64,000 bases of DNA from Blepharisma stoltei ATCC 30299 (Eukaryota > Protista > Ciliophora). A program made the translations under genes and the position numbers. Where the stretch lies: contig CBFDEM010000036.1 in the NCBI GenBank assembly GCA_965603825.1, positions 1-64,000 on the forward strand, in the 5' to 3' direction. The notes under the pieces were generated by a model. That model saw only the letters and a program-made list of their open reading frames with translations. It was not told where the DNA came from and searched no databases. How positions within the stretch are numbered: the first letter of the stretch is position 1; every line of letters begins with the position of its first letter. This document shows, piece after piece, positions 26,591 through 38,091 of this stretch.

Positions 26591-27220
26591 TTATTTAATA
26601 GCATCAGTCTTGCTGTCAGGAGAAGCCTTAATAATTTCAGGAACTTTATTTAATTCTTCCAATACACTCATCACCTGCGGAAAACTAATCATATCAACTC
26701 CATATCTCAGTGCATTATTTATTTGTGGAATCAAAAATGCATCAGCAATTGTAATCTCATTTCCGATACAATATTTCCCATGGTGTTGAGATACGAGGTC
26801 TTCAACTGAAATAAACCCTTTTCTAATAACTTCTTGTGCGAAATCCTTGGGATTCCCTCCGAGCTCTTTGATCTTTTTTAGCATAGAGAGATTCTGCAAT
26901 GGCTGAATGCCTGAATTGATAATTTCACAAATTTCAAACATTTTTGCTTTTAATAAATAGTCAGTAGGAGTTAGAGAAGGGATAGGATGAGCTGATTCTA
27001 AGTATTGAATGATCGCCATGCTTTGTGTTAGCCTAAATGTTTTCCCTATAAGTGTTGGAACTTGTTCAAGATTATTGAGATTTTTATAATCATCTTGCTT
27101 TTGAACTCCTTCTAAAAGGTTGATTGGGACGTAGTTGTATCTGATATTTTTTAGATTTAAAACAACTCGAACTCTCCAAGTGCAAGAACTCTGTCAAAAT
27201 CCATATAGTGAATAAAGCAT
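26591..27220 (-). CDS. GSTZ1: Glutathione S-transferase zeta / maleylacetoacetate isomerase, 209 aa
   Basis: MLYSLYGFW(TGA)QSSCTWRVR (SSC motif), QVPTL, LTQSMAIIQYLE, SGIQPLQNL. Confidence 0.93.
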
Positions 27221-27373
27221 GATAGCCTCTGTCTTTTTGAATTAAATTGTATAAATAAAAAGGCCTGTATTTTTGGTTAAATTTGGATTAATTTAATTAT
27301 AAATTGTTTATATAAGAATAATTAATTATAATTCACACTAAATGCAATTTATTTAATATATCTGAAAATTATG

Positions 27374-28729
27374 TTAATTTGTTTTTAATTTCCAGTCACT
27401 TGTGTTTACGGAACTAATCTTCTTAGTCAAGCTCCACATAATTGGGTAATAAACTACACCAAAAACTGCACTTGCAATGGTGAGCACATAATACCCATGA
27501 GTTTCTCCAAAAGTCAGATGGTCAACCAAGTTCAAAGCAGCGAACCTTGCCCACGTTCCTCCGAAATTTCATATTGTGTTTAAGAACGTTAGCAGAGAGC
27601 CCCCAATTGACTCGTCCACAATTATATTGAAAAACGACCCAATTGATACAAACATCAAATTAGACCCTAAAGACCCAAAAAAGCCTCCAACAACTAAGAA
27701 AAAATAATAGTAAGCACTATTTAGATCAAGCAGCAACAGGAAAATTCCATAACAGTTCATTATAATCCGAATAATATACCCATAGCAAAAGTATTTGAAT
27801 TGGTATCCATGCCTCGTGTACCACCCTACCACAATAGAAACGATTATATCTATTGGAAGCTGATAAGCAGAGATTAATCCTAAATCAGCTTCAGGGACCC
27901 CTTTTTCCATTAGCATCAGCATAAGCATTGAGTCATTAGACGCGAAAAACATTTTATTGGTAAGCCCCAGGATTATCAGCCATATAAAGTGTTTTTGTTT
28001 CACTGTTTCCATTATTTTCCCAAAAATTGAGATAAAACCTTGATTTTCGTCGAGTTTCATGGGTTTTTCTTCAGAAAATAGTATCAAGTATATGCTTGTG
28101 ATAAGATTAATTACCCCTCAAAAATACATAAATTGGGGTAAACTGATAGCAGGCTCTTTCATTTCTTCAGAATAAATGTATTTATTGCAAAACTCGACCG
28201 AGTTAAAGGCTAAAAATATCGTAAAGCTTGCAAAAAATCCGATATTTTGTCCTACACTTTGACACGTGGAGGCGAGAGATTTATGCTCTGGCCTCAAAAT
28301 TTCCAAAGCCCACCCATCGACTGCAATATCTTGTGTAGCATAAAGAAAGACCAAAAATGTAAATAAAAGAGTAATAGTTCATACATTGTCTGCATTTCTT
28401 ACTAGTTCATCTATTCTGAAGCTCAAAAAAATCATCATAAATCCACTTAGAATTTGCAAAGGAATGATCCATGTCTTTCTTCTGCCAATTTGAGGTATAA
28501 AATAAGCATCCACCAGAGGAGATCATAAGAATTTCAAGGAAAAAGGAAATGCAGAGATGCTGAAAATTCCGATATCTGAGTATGATAAATGCTTTTTCAG
28601 TAGAAAGGGGAGAGATGCATACGAAAGCCCAAGAGGAATCCCCTGTAGTAGATAAAGAATTGTAAGGAGAATAACATTGTGTAGATCTCCCTTCAGAAAT
28701 CTTTTATCTATCCCAGAAATATCAAACAT
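27374..28729 (-). CDS. SLC33A1: Acetyl-CoA transporter AT-1 (MFS), 451 aa
   Basis: LYLLQGIPLGL, PFSLKFLW(TGA)SPLVDA, GRRKTWIIP, ATQDIAVDGWAL, TFLNTIW(TGA)NFGGTW; one frame to TAA at 27374. Confidence 0.93.
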
Positions 28730-28949
28730 TTTAATAATTTTTAAAAATGGTACTAAAAATTCCTACTCAATAGGCTATTTTTAAATTTTCATATTAAATG
28801 TAAATGCGCTTTATCTATAAGTATTAAAAATCAATTTAAATTGCCAGCAAAATAAATATTTATAAACTATGAAAATTGTTAATTTTTACTAAGTTTGCAA
28901 AATTTCCCAGTTTTCTATTTACTAGACTATTAAAACTACGCATTTAAAT

Positions 28950-30499
28950 CTATTCAATTAGCTGGTTCAAGTACTTCCCTCTCTCCTCAAATTCATTCAT
29001 TGAAATTTTTTTCGCTTCTTCAACATGATGAGTCCCCAAATACCCAATCAAGCTCTGGTACAAATATCCAGAATTTTTAATCGTCCTTGTTAAATTATTG
29101 TTATAATCCACATAAGTGATCCCAAATCTGATATGATATCCATCAGTCCACTCAAAGTTGTCAAGCAGCAACCACAGGAAATACCCTTTTACCTTGACTT
29201 TATCATTTACAATAGCATCTACCATATTCATAATGTGGTTGTATATATAATCCATCCTAAATGTATCGTTAAGTGCTTGGGCTTCTGGCATGTCATTTTC
29301 CCCAGGACAGCTGACCCCATTTTCGAAAATAATCAGCTCAGGGTTGTCATATCTTTTGGCGACCCAGTTTAAAAGTCCTCTAAGCCCAGGTGGGTACACA
29401 TTAAGCCATGTAGAAGCTGCAAAAGGGCCTATTAAGTTTCCAGATTTATTGTAAGGGCTTGAGTCAAACCTTCCGTCACTCCCATAGTCGTTTCCTACGG
29501 TTCCTGTATATTGAACATAACTGCTGGCGTAATAATTCACTCCTAAGAAGTCAAAAGAACCTTTTAATAGCTTGCTTTGTTCAGCTGTAAAAGAAGGCAA
29601 ACGATTTCCTGTTATAAAATCGCTCATTTCTTGTGGGTATTTGCCAAATACCACTGGGTCACCAAGCCAGCCATAAGAAAATGCAAAAGAAATGTCGACT
29701 GCTTTGATATCGTCAGGATTTGTCGCGTCCCAAGGGAGGCTAAACCCACTATCAATAGTCAGCCCAATTTTGCCTTTTTGGGTTTTTTGGTATTTTTCTC
29801 TATAAGTCTGGACTGCTAAGCAGAGCGTTATGGGTCACAACATAAGGCTCAGTTGACGAATCTCCGCCCCCACCTATCTGTTGACACCAAGATCCCCAGT
29901 TAGGGCTACATCTACCTGGTGCATGAGTTCCAACCCCATACCCAATCCATGAAAAAGTGCTTACTTCATTCATTGTAAGCCAGTTTTTTACCTTACTCCC
30001 AAAAGTTTGGAAGCAAAAGTCAGCATATGCATTGAACTTATTAGGGATATCTGGGTCAAGCCATGTACTTTTATCTGTAAAATTGTTAAAAGCTTGTGGT
30101 AAGTCCCAATGGTAAAGGGTCACATAAGGCTCGATCCCTGCAGAAAGTAAAGCATCGAAGAGATTATTGTAAAATTGTATCCCAGCAGGATTTGGGGCAC
30201 TTGGAGAACCAGTGGGGAGGACTCTGGTCCAAGAAATCGAGACTCTGAAGTTCTTTATGCCGAGCTGCTGGAGGATTTTAATGTCTGAAGGGTATCTGTC
30301 GTAGAAATCATCAGCAATATTAGCTGTTTCGTTATTGTAAATTCTTCCTGGGAAAGCTTCAAAATAGTCCCATATGCATTGTCCTCGCCCAAATTTAGCC
30401 TACCTGAAAAGCAGCCGTAGCGGCGCCCCACTTGAAATCTGCTGGCAAAATTGATGCAAAAGCTCCACAAGCTATAAAGAGGAGAAAATATTTTTTCAT
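28950..30499 (-). pseudogene. GH1 beta-glucosidase paralog disabled by two 11-nt deletions
   Basis: MKKYFLLFIACGAFASILPADFKWGAATAAFQ, then a stop; the EGAW segment is missing (~30392-30404) and the AHG segment is missing (~29820). TMNE and IFENG catalytic motifs are retained; WSLLDNFEW has become WLLLDNFEW. Confidence 0.88.
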
Positions 30500-30543
30500 T
30501 TTCTAAATGAATTATTCCTAATTAGCTTATAAATATTGATGAT

Positions 30544-32172
30544 CTATTCATCTTCATCTTCATCTGCAAATGCACTGTCCTCATCAAAATCGTCATAGTC
30601 ATCATAGTCATCATAGTCATCATTTTCATCATAATCATCTTGGGTCATTAAATCGTCCACAGAGAGCTCCAAGACATCTTCTATCTTCATCTCATCAAAT
30701 GCATCAATAATGTTCCTATACAAGTACCCTGATTTCTTAATAGTCCTTGTCAGATTTTGGTCAAAGTTCACATAAGTGAGCCCATATCTGCTACTAAACC
30801 CATCAGCCCACTCGAAATTGTCGAGAAGAGACCAATGGAAATAGCCTCTAATGTTTACTTTATCAAATCTGACAGCTTCAGCTAGTTTCATGACATGGCC
30901 ATACAGATAGTCCATTCTAAACGAGTCATTTATAGCGTCTTCTGCTGTATTCTCATTAGGGCAGCTGACTCCATTCTCAAGAATGTATATGATAGGATGA
31001 TTGTACCTATCGTTAACATGATTAAGTAGATCTCTAAACCCTTGTGGATACACGTTTAGCCAGGATGACTGTCCAAAAGGCCCGATTAAATGCCCAGTTG
31101 CATTATAAGCGCCAGTCGTATATCTTCCATCATTATAAAAGTTGCTTCCTATTACACCTGTATATTTAGCATAATTGCTGGTGTAATAGTTTACCCCTAG
31201 GAAATCGTAGGAGCCTTTTAACAACTTGCTTTGCTCTGAAGTAAAGCTGGGTAACCTATCTCCTGTTATAAGGTTGTGCATCTCGTCTGGATATTTTCCA
31301 AAGACAACTGGGTCTGCGAACCAGCCAAGTTTAAACATAAGCGCAGTGTTTGCAGCTTGGACATCAAGTGGATTAGAAGTATTGTAAGGATAAGAGAAGA
31401 AACTGTTCAGGTCAATCCCTATTTTCCCATGCTGGCGCTTCTGGTACTTTTCTCGATATGTTTTTACTGCCAGTCCATGAGCTAATAATGCGTGATGGGC
31501 TGCTATATAAGGCTCAGTTGATGTATTTCCTCCACCACCTACAGGCTGACACCAAGCCCCAAAACTTGGGCTGCACCGACCTGGCGCATGAATTCCAGTT
31601 CCATATCCAAGGGTCACAAAAGTTTGAATTTCGTTAAAAGTAACCCAATACTTGATTTTATGACCAAAAGTTCTGAAGCAGAAATCAGCGAAATCATTGA
31701 ATTTGTTGGGCATATCTGGATCAAGCCATCCACTTGTGTTTGTGAGAGTATTGAAGATTTGAGGCAAATCCCAATGATAAAGAGTTACCCAAGGCTCAAT
31801 GCCAGCATTTAGCAAGCTGTCAAATAGGTCATTATAAAACTGTATCCCAGCAGGGTTGGGGTTGTTACTAAGCCCTGTTGGTAGTATACGAGTCCATGAA
31901 AGGGAAAGGCGAAAGGCGTTATTTTTAAGATGCTTTATGATTTTGATATCCTCATGATATCTATGGTAAAAGTCGTCAGCTACGTGGGCTGTCTGATTAT
32001 TGTAAATTCGCCCTGGGAAACTTTGGAAAAAGTCCCACATGTTTATGCCTTTTCCAGACTCGTTCCAGGCTCCTTCTATTTGGAAGGCAGCTGTAGCTGT
32101 TCCCCACGCGAAGTCATGTGGCAGATGTGAGCAGGAGCCGAGGCAGAATAGAGCTAAAATTACTGTTCTCAT
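30544..32172 (-). CDS. Secreted GH1 beta-glucosidase with acidic C-terminal tail
   Basis: FAWGTATAAFQIEGA, TLYHWDLP, TFNE acid/base, ILENG nucleophile, WSLLDNFEW; signal peptide MRTVILALFCLGSC (upstream in-frame ATG/TTG possible to 32187). Confidence 0.96.
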   Translation of the reverse strand: MRTVILALFCLGSCSHLPHDFAWGTATAAFQIEGAWNESGKGINMWDFFQSFPGRIYNNQTAHVADDFYHRYHEDIKIIKHLKNNAFRLSLSWTRILPTGLSNNPNPAGIQFYNDLFDSLLNAGIEPWVTLYHWDLPQIFNTLTNTSGWLDPDMPNKFNDFADFCFRTFGHKIKYWVTFNEIQTFVTLGYGTGIHAPGRCSPSFGAWCQPVGGGGNTSTEPYIAAHHALLAHGLAVKTYREKYQKRQHGKIGIDLNSFFSYPYNTSNPLDVQAANTALMFKLGWFADPVVFGKYPDEMHNLITGDRLPSFTSEQSKLLKGSYDFLGVNYYTSNYAKYTGVIGSNFYNDGRYTTGAYNATGHLIGPFGQSSWLNVYPQGFRDLLNHVNDRYNHPIIYILENGVSCPNENTAEDAINDSFRMDYLYGHVMKLAEAVRFDKVNIRGYFHWSLLDNFEWADGFSSRYGLTYVNFDQNLTRTIKKSGYLYRNIIDAFDEMKIEDVLELSVDDLMTQDDYDENDDYDDYDDYDDFDEDSAFADEDEDE

Positions 32173-32556
32173 TATGATTTCCATCATTAACTATTATCCA
32201 CAGAGAAATGTTCTTTGAATCTAAAAAAGACTTAGAAATTAAAAGTTGAACAATTTAGCCTAATTAATTGGATAAACTTTGAAATCAGATGATAAATGAA
32301 AAGTCCAGTATATCTAGGAATTTGTGGTTAGCTTTTTATCATTTGTTGAGAGATGGATTTAAGAGCCAATTAATTGATAGAAAGCCCAATTTCGCTAAAT
32401 ATTCTTCCATGGATTTCAAATTCCGGCAAAGAAAATAATAAAAAAACTTAGAGAATTTTTAAGGCCATTTTTTTAATTATAAAAAGAAAGATGAATTTTC
32501 CTAAAAGTAATAGAAATTATAATATTCAAAAGTGCCTTATTTCTAGTAAATCATAG

Positions 32557-34368
32557 TTAAATTAATGATAAAACCTTAAACATAGCTTCATAAGCTTCTT
32601 CAGGGAACATAAGCATGTCTTCATCATAATGCTTAATCCCTGAATATTTCGTCACCAGTCCTTTGGCAACCTCTCTAATATTAGTTACCCCTTCATAATT
32701 TTTAGCGATTATATTGATCATATGCAAATCTGCAATTAGCTGCTGAAATCCTCCAGGCACTATTTCTTGGATCTCAAAGTTCCCTCCATTTTGGTTCAAT
32801 AAATCTTCTAAAGCTTTTACATAAGTACTCGCGACTGCTTCAATAAATTGCTTCATTCTGGCTGAGTTTCTGTCTGTTGCGCTAGCAACAGACTCTACAC
32901 CTTCTTTGATAGCTTGGAGGTGCTTAACATTATAAGCTTGCTTTAATTCGTCTGAGGTCTGAAGCTTTGCAATGCTTTGTAGGGTAGTTAAATAATTCGG
33001 AATTTCATTTATCCATTTACTAGCTGAATAAGACATCAAAACATCGAGCGCCCTTGAATTTGCAATTCCCTCAATCACCAAAATTTCATTTAATTCTAAT
33101 TTTGGGACTTTTAAAGCTATAGCCATTTTTCTCGCCAAGCTTGGGATTAAGCTTGCAATATTTCATAAATTACAAGCGATGACTTGGACAATTTTGAAGT
33201 CTTTTTTATCGTCAAATTTTTCATTTCCTACGTATTTTTCGAATAAAAAAGAAATCGTTTTGACGAAGACTGGACATAAAGATGAAGACCACATTAAGTG
33301 CTCGTCTAAAAACAAGGCAGCTTCTTGGATTATTTTATTTATTTCTTGATATAACGCTAAACAGCTTGAAGTCAGTCTGAAAATCCCTATGTTTTGGTCT
33401 TGCTCAGCCTGTATAATTTTTGGCTTCCAGAGTTCATTGTTTACCTCTGTCTCAATTCTCAGCTCTTCATTGGCATAAATTTCCTGGATTCTTTTTTGTG
33501 TAGCTGGGAGTAAGGCTTTTTGTATTTGTGGAGACATGTGGAGCCCAGTCTGGTCCAAACTGTCACAGGACTTAAGAATACTTTGTAAGATATTCGCTAG
33601 GTCTTGGATATTTTCAATCAAATAAAACTGTTCGCCAATATCCCAAGCAATTTCGTTTATTTGGTCACACATCCACGCATACAATTTAGAAGAGCTTAAA
33701 CCTAGGTCTTGGCTTTCTTTTATAGTAGCCCTTAATATTGACACAAAAATTTGTCCTTGCTTTGACAATCCATCTAATGGGTTATCAGCTGCTGCTAGCC
33801 TTGTGATATATTGTTTAAGCTGATAAGCCTTCCCTAAAAAATATGCATCTTCAGCTGCAGGCAAGGCATCAAGTCTTTTAAGGTATCCAATATACAAGCT
33901 TGGGGTGGTATTTTGTACCTTCTGCAGTTCTTTTGCAATAGTCTCTATGACTCTCAGCACAAATAAATTAAATTCATGCTTTAAGCTGATGCTTTCTGGG
34001 GTTACTTTTACCTTCCCAGCTTCTTCTATCAAATTGATGCATTCCTCGTATTTTTCGTCATTTAAAAGGGTGTCAATTTCGTCAGGCAGCTCCTGCCACC
34101 ATTCGATGCTGCCTTTCACAATGCTCCCATTCGTGCTTATTTTTTCTATTTGAGCTGGCTTTAAGAGCTCTACCAATGCACTATTAATTGTATCAAGAGT
34201 TGGGGAATAGCAAGAGACTGATAGAGATTGCAGATTATTGAGCTCGTTAAAGGTGTCTATAAAGGTGGAATAGTTCCCGTAGACCTGCTCTTTCATGTCT
34301 TGGTCTAGCTTTTCAAGGTCAGTTTCGAGCTCTCGGATATATTCTGTATATCGGACTGCTTGCTTCAT
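32557..34368 (-). CDS. EXO84: Exocyst component Exo84-like (Vps51-domain CATCHR subunit), 603 aa
   Basis: DMKEQVYGNYSTFI (Vps51/Exo84 N domain); W.ELPDEID.LL...KYEECI (Exo84 C domain start); two track ORFs joined by TGA at 33163. Confidence 0.7.
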
Positions 34369-34419
34369 ATAATTATCTATTAAAAGTCATAATTCCTATC
34401 AAAGATTAAATTAGTCTAC

Positions 34420-35481
34420 CTAAACAACTGGGTATGAAGGTGCCATCTGGACCCCGCAGACGCCTTCTCCGTCCTTAATGCCAAGTCTGCAGTATCCTGC
34501 TTCTCCCCAAGTTGTACCCCATGAGTTTTTGATAATGTAATAAGGAGGAGTCGCATCGTCATTGTACCCAACTGCCAGGACTCCATGATTCAGGTTGGTT
34601 CCACAGTTTTTGGTAATGACTCCGCTCTTGTAGAGCTGCCAAGCCCAAAAACTAGCCTCCACTGCTACTGAGACCGGATTTAATGCAATAGCTTCATGCA
34701 AAGCTGAGGCTGAATTAGGCTCGACATCAGTATAATTTGTAATGGTTGCAATTTTATTACTGGCAAGAGCTTCATTACAAGTGCTGTTTGTGCCTGTATA
34801 TGGATAGCTACTGTTTGAGGTTATTCCATACTTGGCGACAAATTGGAAAGCAGAGTCCATCCATCCACCATTGCAGCCTTGGTTTCCATATGAATACGAG
34901 CAATCAATAAGCTCTTGTTCACTGAGGGAAACTAGCTCATTTCCTGCCAAGAACCAGGCTCCTTCAATAGATCCCGCCGCTGAAAATGCCCAACAGCTAC
35001 CACAGCTTCCTTGGTTTTTGACTGAAGTAACAGCACCTTGTTCTCTCCAGTCCACGCTGCTTGGGTAGCTTTTTAATGTCCTCGCAGCCACTCTGACAGT
35101 CTCTTCTCTTTTTGGCACCAAAGTTCTCAGATAAGTAGTTGCGAATTCATGGTAGTCCATATCAGCGAACTGGTTACTTCCCAAGACAAAATCATAGTCT
35201 AAGCTGTTATGAATGCGAATTATGACGGAGTTTTCTTGGGAGGTCTTAAGCCTCCTCTCATACTCTTCTTGAGTCTTGTAGACCTTATTATAAAGTTTCA
35301 TCCAGGCTTGGAATTCGTCTTCTTCTGCAGAAAATTGTTGAAGGGCTGGGGTGCTGTGGCTAGAAGATAAGACAAAGATCGCTCCTAATACGCAGATAAG
35401 TCCAATAGCTCCGACTAAAGCAAATATGTATTTTTTCTTATTGTCTTTCTTTGGGAAGTCACTGAAGTATAAGTGATCCAT
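34420..35481 (-). CDS. Cathepsin L-like papain-family cysteine protease, 353 aa
   Basis: I29 prodomain (ERFNIN-like, NQFAD), QGSCGSCWAFS, LNHGVLAVGY, IKNSWG; N-terminal basic tail + hydrophobic anchor. Confidence 0.97.
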   Translation of the reverse strand: MDHLYFSDFPKKDNKKKYIFALVGAIGLICVLGAIFVLSSSHSTPALQQFSAEEDEFQAWMKLYNKVYKTQEEYERRLKTSQENSVIIRIHNSLDYDFVLGSNQFADMDYHEFATTYLRTLVPKREETVRVAARTLKSYPSSVDWREQGAVTSVKNQGSCGSCWAFSAAGSIEGAWFLAGNELVSLSEQELIDCSYSYGNQGCNGGWMDSAFQFVAKYGITSNSSYPYTGTNSTCNEALASNKIATITNYTDVEPNSASALHEAIALNPVSVAVEASFWAWQLYKSGVITKNCGTNLNHGVLAVGYNDDATPPYYIIKNSWGTTWGEAGYCRLGIKDGEGVCGVQMAPSYPVV

Positions 35482-36562
35482 ATTAAAAGATTTATCTCGC
35501 CCAAGAAGTTATTAGAAATATGAAGGTAGGAATAGAAGAGAAATTGAAAAAATTAGAGAAAAAGAGATTAATAAGCAAGGTAGGAGTTGAGAAAGCTTTA
35601 ATTTAAATTGTTTTAAAAAAATTAAGTAAGAATTCAAAGGTTTGTTAAAGAGAATTTTTCATAGAAATAATACTTAAGGATTATATATATTTATCAATCA
35701 AAAATCCTATGATAATAACTTATTTTATCTAAGATGGAAAAATAAATTGTAAAAGTAAAATCATGGATTATTATCAATGGCTAAATATGTTGAGAGCTTT
35801 TGCTATTAAAGCTCTTAAAAGGATTGAAGAAAATACAACAAGTTATTGAGTTTAAAAGGTTTCAATTCCTTTTATTTTTATGTAGTAAAAGTTTTAATAA
35901 TTTGCCAACATTTAAATAGGACTGAATAAGATTTATTTACATGTTGCCTATCACACTTAATTAAGATTTAGTTTAATTTTTATTAGCAAACGATTCAATA
36001 AGCTTTTGGACAATTTAAACCGATTCAAGTTAATTTTCTCTTAATTGTATAGTAACCTAGCCTCTTCCCTATTAATATGCAGCAAATATTCATTAGAATT
36101 GAGAAATAAACAATTTTCGACATTTTATTTGGTGAGGCTATTATTTTATTATAATTTTATAGAGATTAAGTGGGAAAATCAAGGCTTCATATATAAACAC
36201 CTCTCAAAAAATTTTATTTCTCTCAAAAAAATAAATGAGAATTTTCAAACTTTGCTAAAGTTTTTAATAATTAAAATGATCCTTAGGCAATATAAAAACA
36301 GGAAAATTTATTTTCTTTCACTTTTGATTGTTGAAATTTTTCTTTTCTTTATTTGCATTTCTATTAAAAAATAATATGCTTGCGATAAGATTGCCTTCCA
36401 TCTAGACAACTAGTTTGCATCTCTATTTATTGGTTTTCAGCAAATTTTTTGATTACTTTCGATTTGAAATAAAGACTAATATTACTGATTACTTTTCACG
36501 TTCCATATTATTGGTGGTACAAAATAAAAGGAATTCCTGGAAATGGTAATAAATCTATTTAA

Positions 36563-37798
36563 ATGTCCACTGACCAAGACGAAAAACTTATTTTTTCAGA
36601 ACTTTTTAACCGCTTGAGAAGGGCCATATATAAATACTACTCTCAATGCCAAAAAAAGAGCAATAAATTTTTAACAAGAATTTCTTTGCAAAAAGAACAA
36701 ACAACTGAGCCAGTTTATTTAATCGGCTCACACACGAATCCGCAATGGGAAGTTGAGGTTCCTTTGTCGTACTCTTTAAAATACAAAGAATATTATATCG
36801 AATTATGGCTTCCTCAGGGTTCAGAATTTTTGCTGACCAAAAAGGGAAGCAAAATATTAATTGATGACTATCCAAAAAGGCAAAGCCCAGAAGGAACTTT
36901 AGTTAACTATGTAAGGCCAGCTAGGCCTACTTTAAAACCCCAAGCAGCAAAATTCCAATTTAAAAGCCAGTGCGCTTCTCAAGGAAAAAATCCTGAAACC
37001 AATGAAGATGCTTATTTTTCCTCAAGATTTGCGATAGGTGTAGCAGATGGGGTTGGAGGAGTTAAGAAAGATTTCGGGATCTCAAGCTCAGCATTTTCTC
37101 ATGAGTTAATGGAAAATTGCAAAAAAATTGCAGAAAAATACGACTCTGCCTTTGAAAGCAGCTCAAAGAAACTGAAGCATTTTCTCAGCAGCCCTTTAAG
37201 CGGAGACCAAATTATTTCTCAATCATATTCTCAAGTAATCAACGGAGGAAGCTCTACTTTTCTTTTAGCAAGTTTGCAAGGCTCCCATCTTAAAATATCA
37301 AATTTGGGAGACTCTTCGGTAATGGTCCTCCGAGAAGGCTACTCAGAGTTGGAAACAATTTTTAAATCTACCCCAAAGCAGCACTCCTTTAATTGTCCAT
37401 ACCAGCTTTCCAAAAAATTCACAAATTCCCAAATTGCATCTCTGAAAAACCCAAAAAATATCCCAAAAGAAATTTTCTCGGATGAAGTTTCTGATGCTGA
37501 CAAGTACAGCATCCAAATAAGAAAAGGCGACATTTTGGTCATTGGGACTGACGGGCTGTGGGATAATTTATTCACTGAAGAAGTTTTCGCAATTGTGAAA
37601 AAATCTTATGAAGAAAATAAAAATGATCTCAAAATTGCAGCAGAAAGGTTAGTTTCTGAAGCTAAAAATCGAATGAGCAGCTGGGATGCTACGCCTTTTA
37701 GTTTGGAAAGTTCTAAACACACAGGAAAAAATTTTACGGGTGGAAAGCGAGATGATGTGACTGTAATAGTAGCCTCCATCAATGATATCGCCGTTTAA
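36563..37798 (+). CDS. PTC7-type PP2C phosphatase with N-terminal carbohydrate-binding-like domain, 411 aa
   Basis: EDAYF, GVADGVGG, GSST, NLGDS, QHSFNCPYQL, GTDGLWDN, GGKRDDVTV. Confidence 0.93.
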   Translation: MSTDQDEKLIFSELFNRLRRAIYKYYSQCQKKSNKFLTRISLQKEQTTEPVYLIGSHTNPQWEVEVPLSYSLKYKEYYIELWLPQGSEFLLTKKGSKILIDDYPKRQSPEGTLVNYVRPARPTLKPQAAKFQFKSQCASQGKNPETNEDAYFSSRFAIGVADGVGGVKKDFGISSSAFSHELMENCKKIAEKYDSAFESSSKKLKHFLSSPLSGDQIISQSYSQVINGGSSTFLLASLQGSHLKISNLGDSSVMVLREGYSELETIFKSTPKQHSFNCPYQLSKKFTNSQIASLKNPKNIPKEIFSDEVSDADKYSIQIRKGDILVIGTDGLWDNLFTEEVFAIVKKSYEENKNDLKIAAERLVSEAKNRMSSWDATPFSLESSKHTGKNFTGGKRDDVTVIVASINDIAV

Positions 37799-38091
37799 TT
37801 GTACCTAACATAAATTTTTATAAATAAATCATAGAGTCAACAAAAAAATATATCTAAGATTATTTTAATTTAAAATGATTTATTAAAAACTATTTAGACC
37901 AATATATGCCACCCTTAATAGAAGCTGCTGTTCTTTACCAAACTTTATTTTTCTATATAACTTTCGGAGTTTTCTTAAACCCATAAATATACCAAACAAA
38001 GATAGGTTGCTAGCTGTATTTTCTCAGCGCCATTTTATTGGTATAAAGTCTGCATTTTCTTATAAATTTTAATAAATCTCTTTAAACAATT

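Noticed and set aside
30385-30404. GTAGGCTAAATTTGGGCGAG (minus strand) as an intron rescuing the second GH1
   Set aside because: 20 nt, no A at -6, splicing gives the wrong frame, and the conserved EGA residues would still be missing
36045-36374. 109-aa track ORF (and similar ones at 49742, 59202, 60455)
   Set aside because: AT-rich intergenic sequence with I/F/K/L/N-biased translation; 36045 and 49742 lack an ATG start
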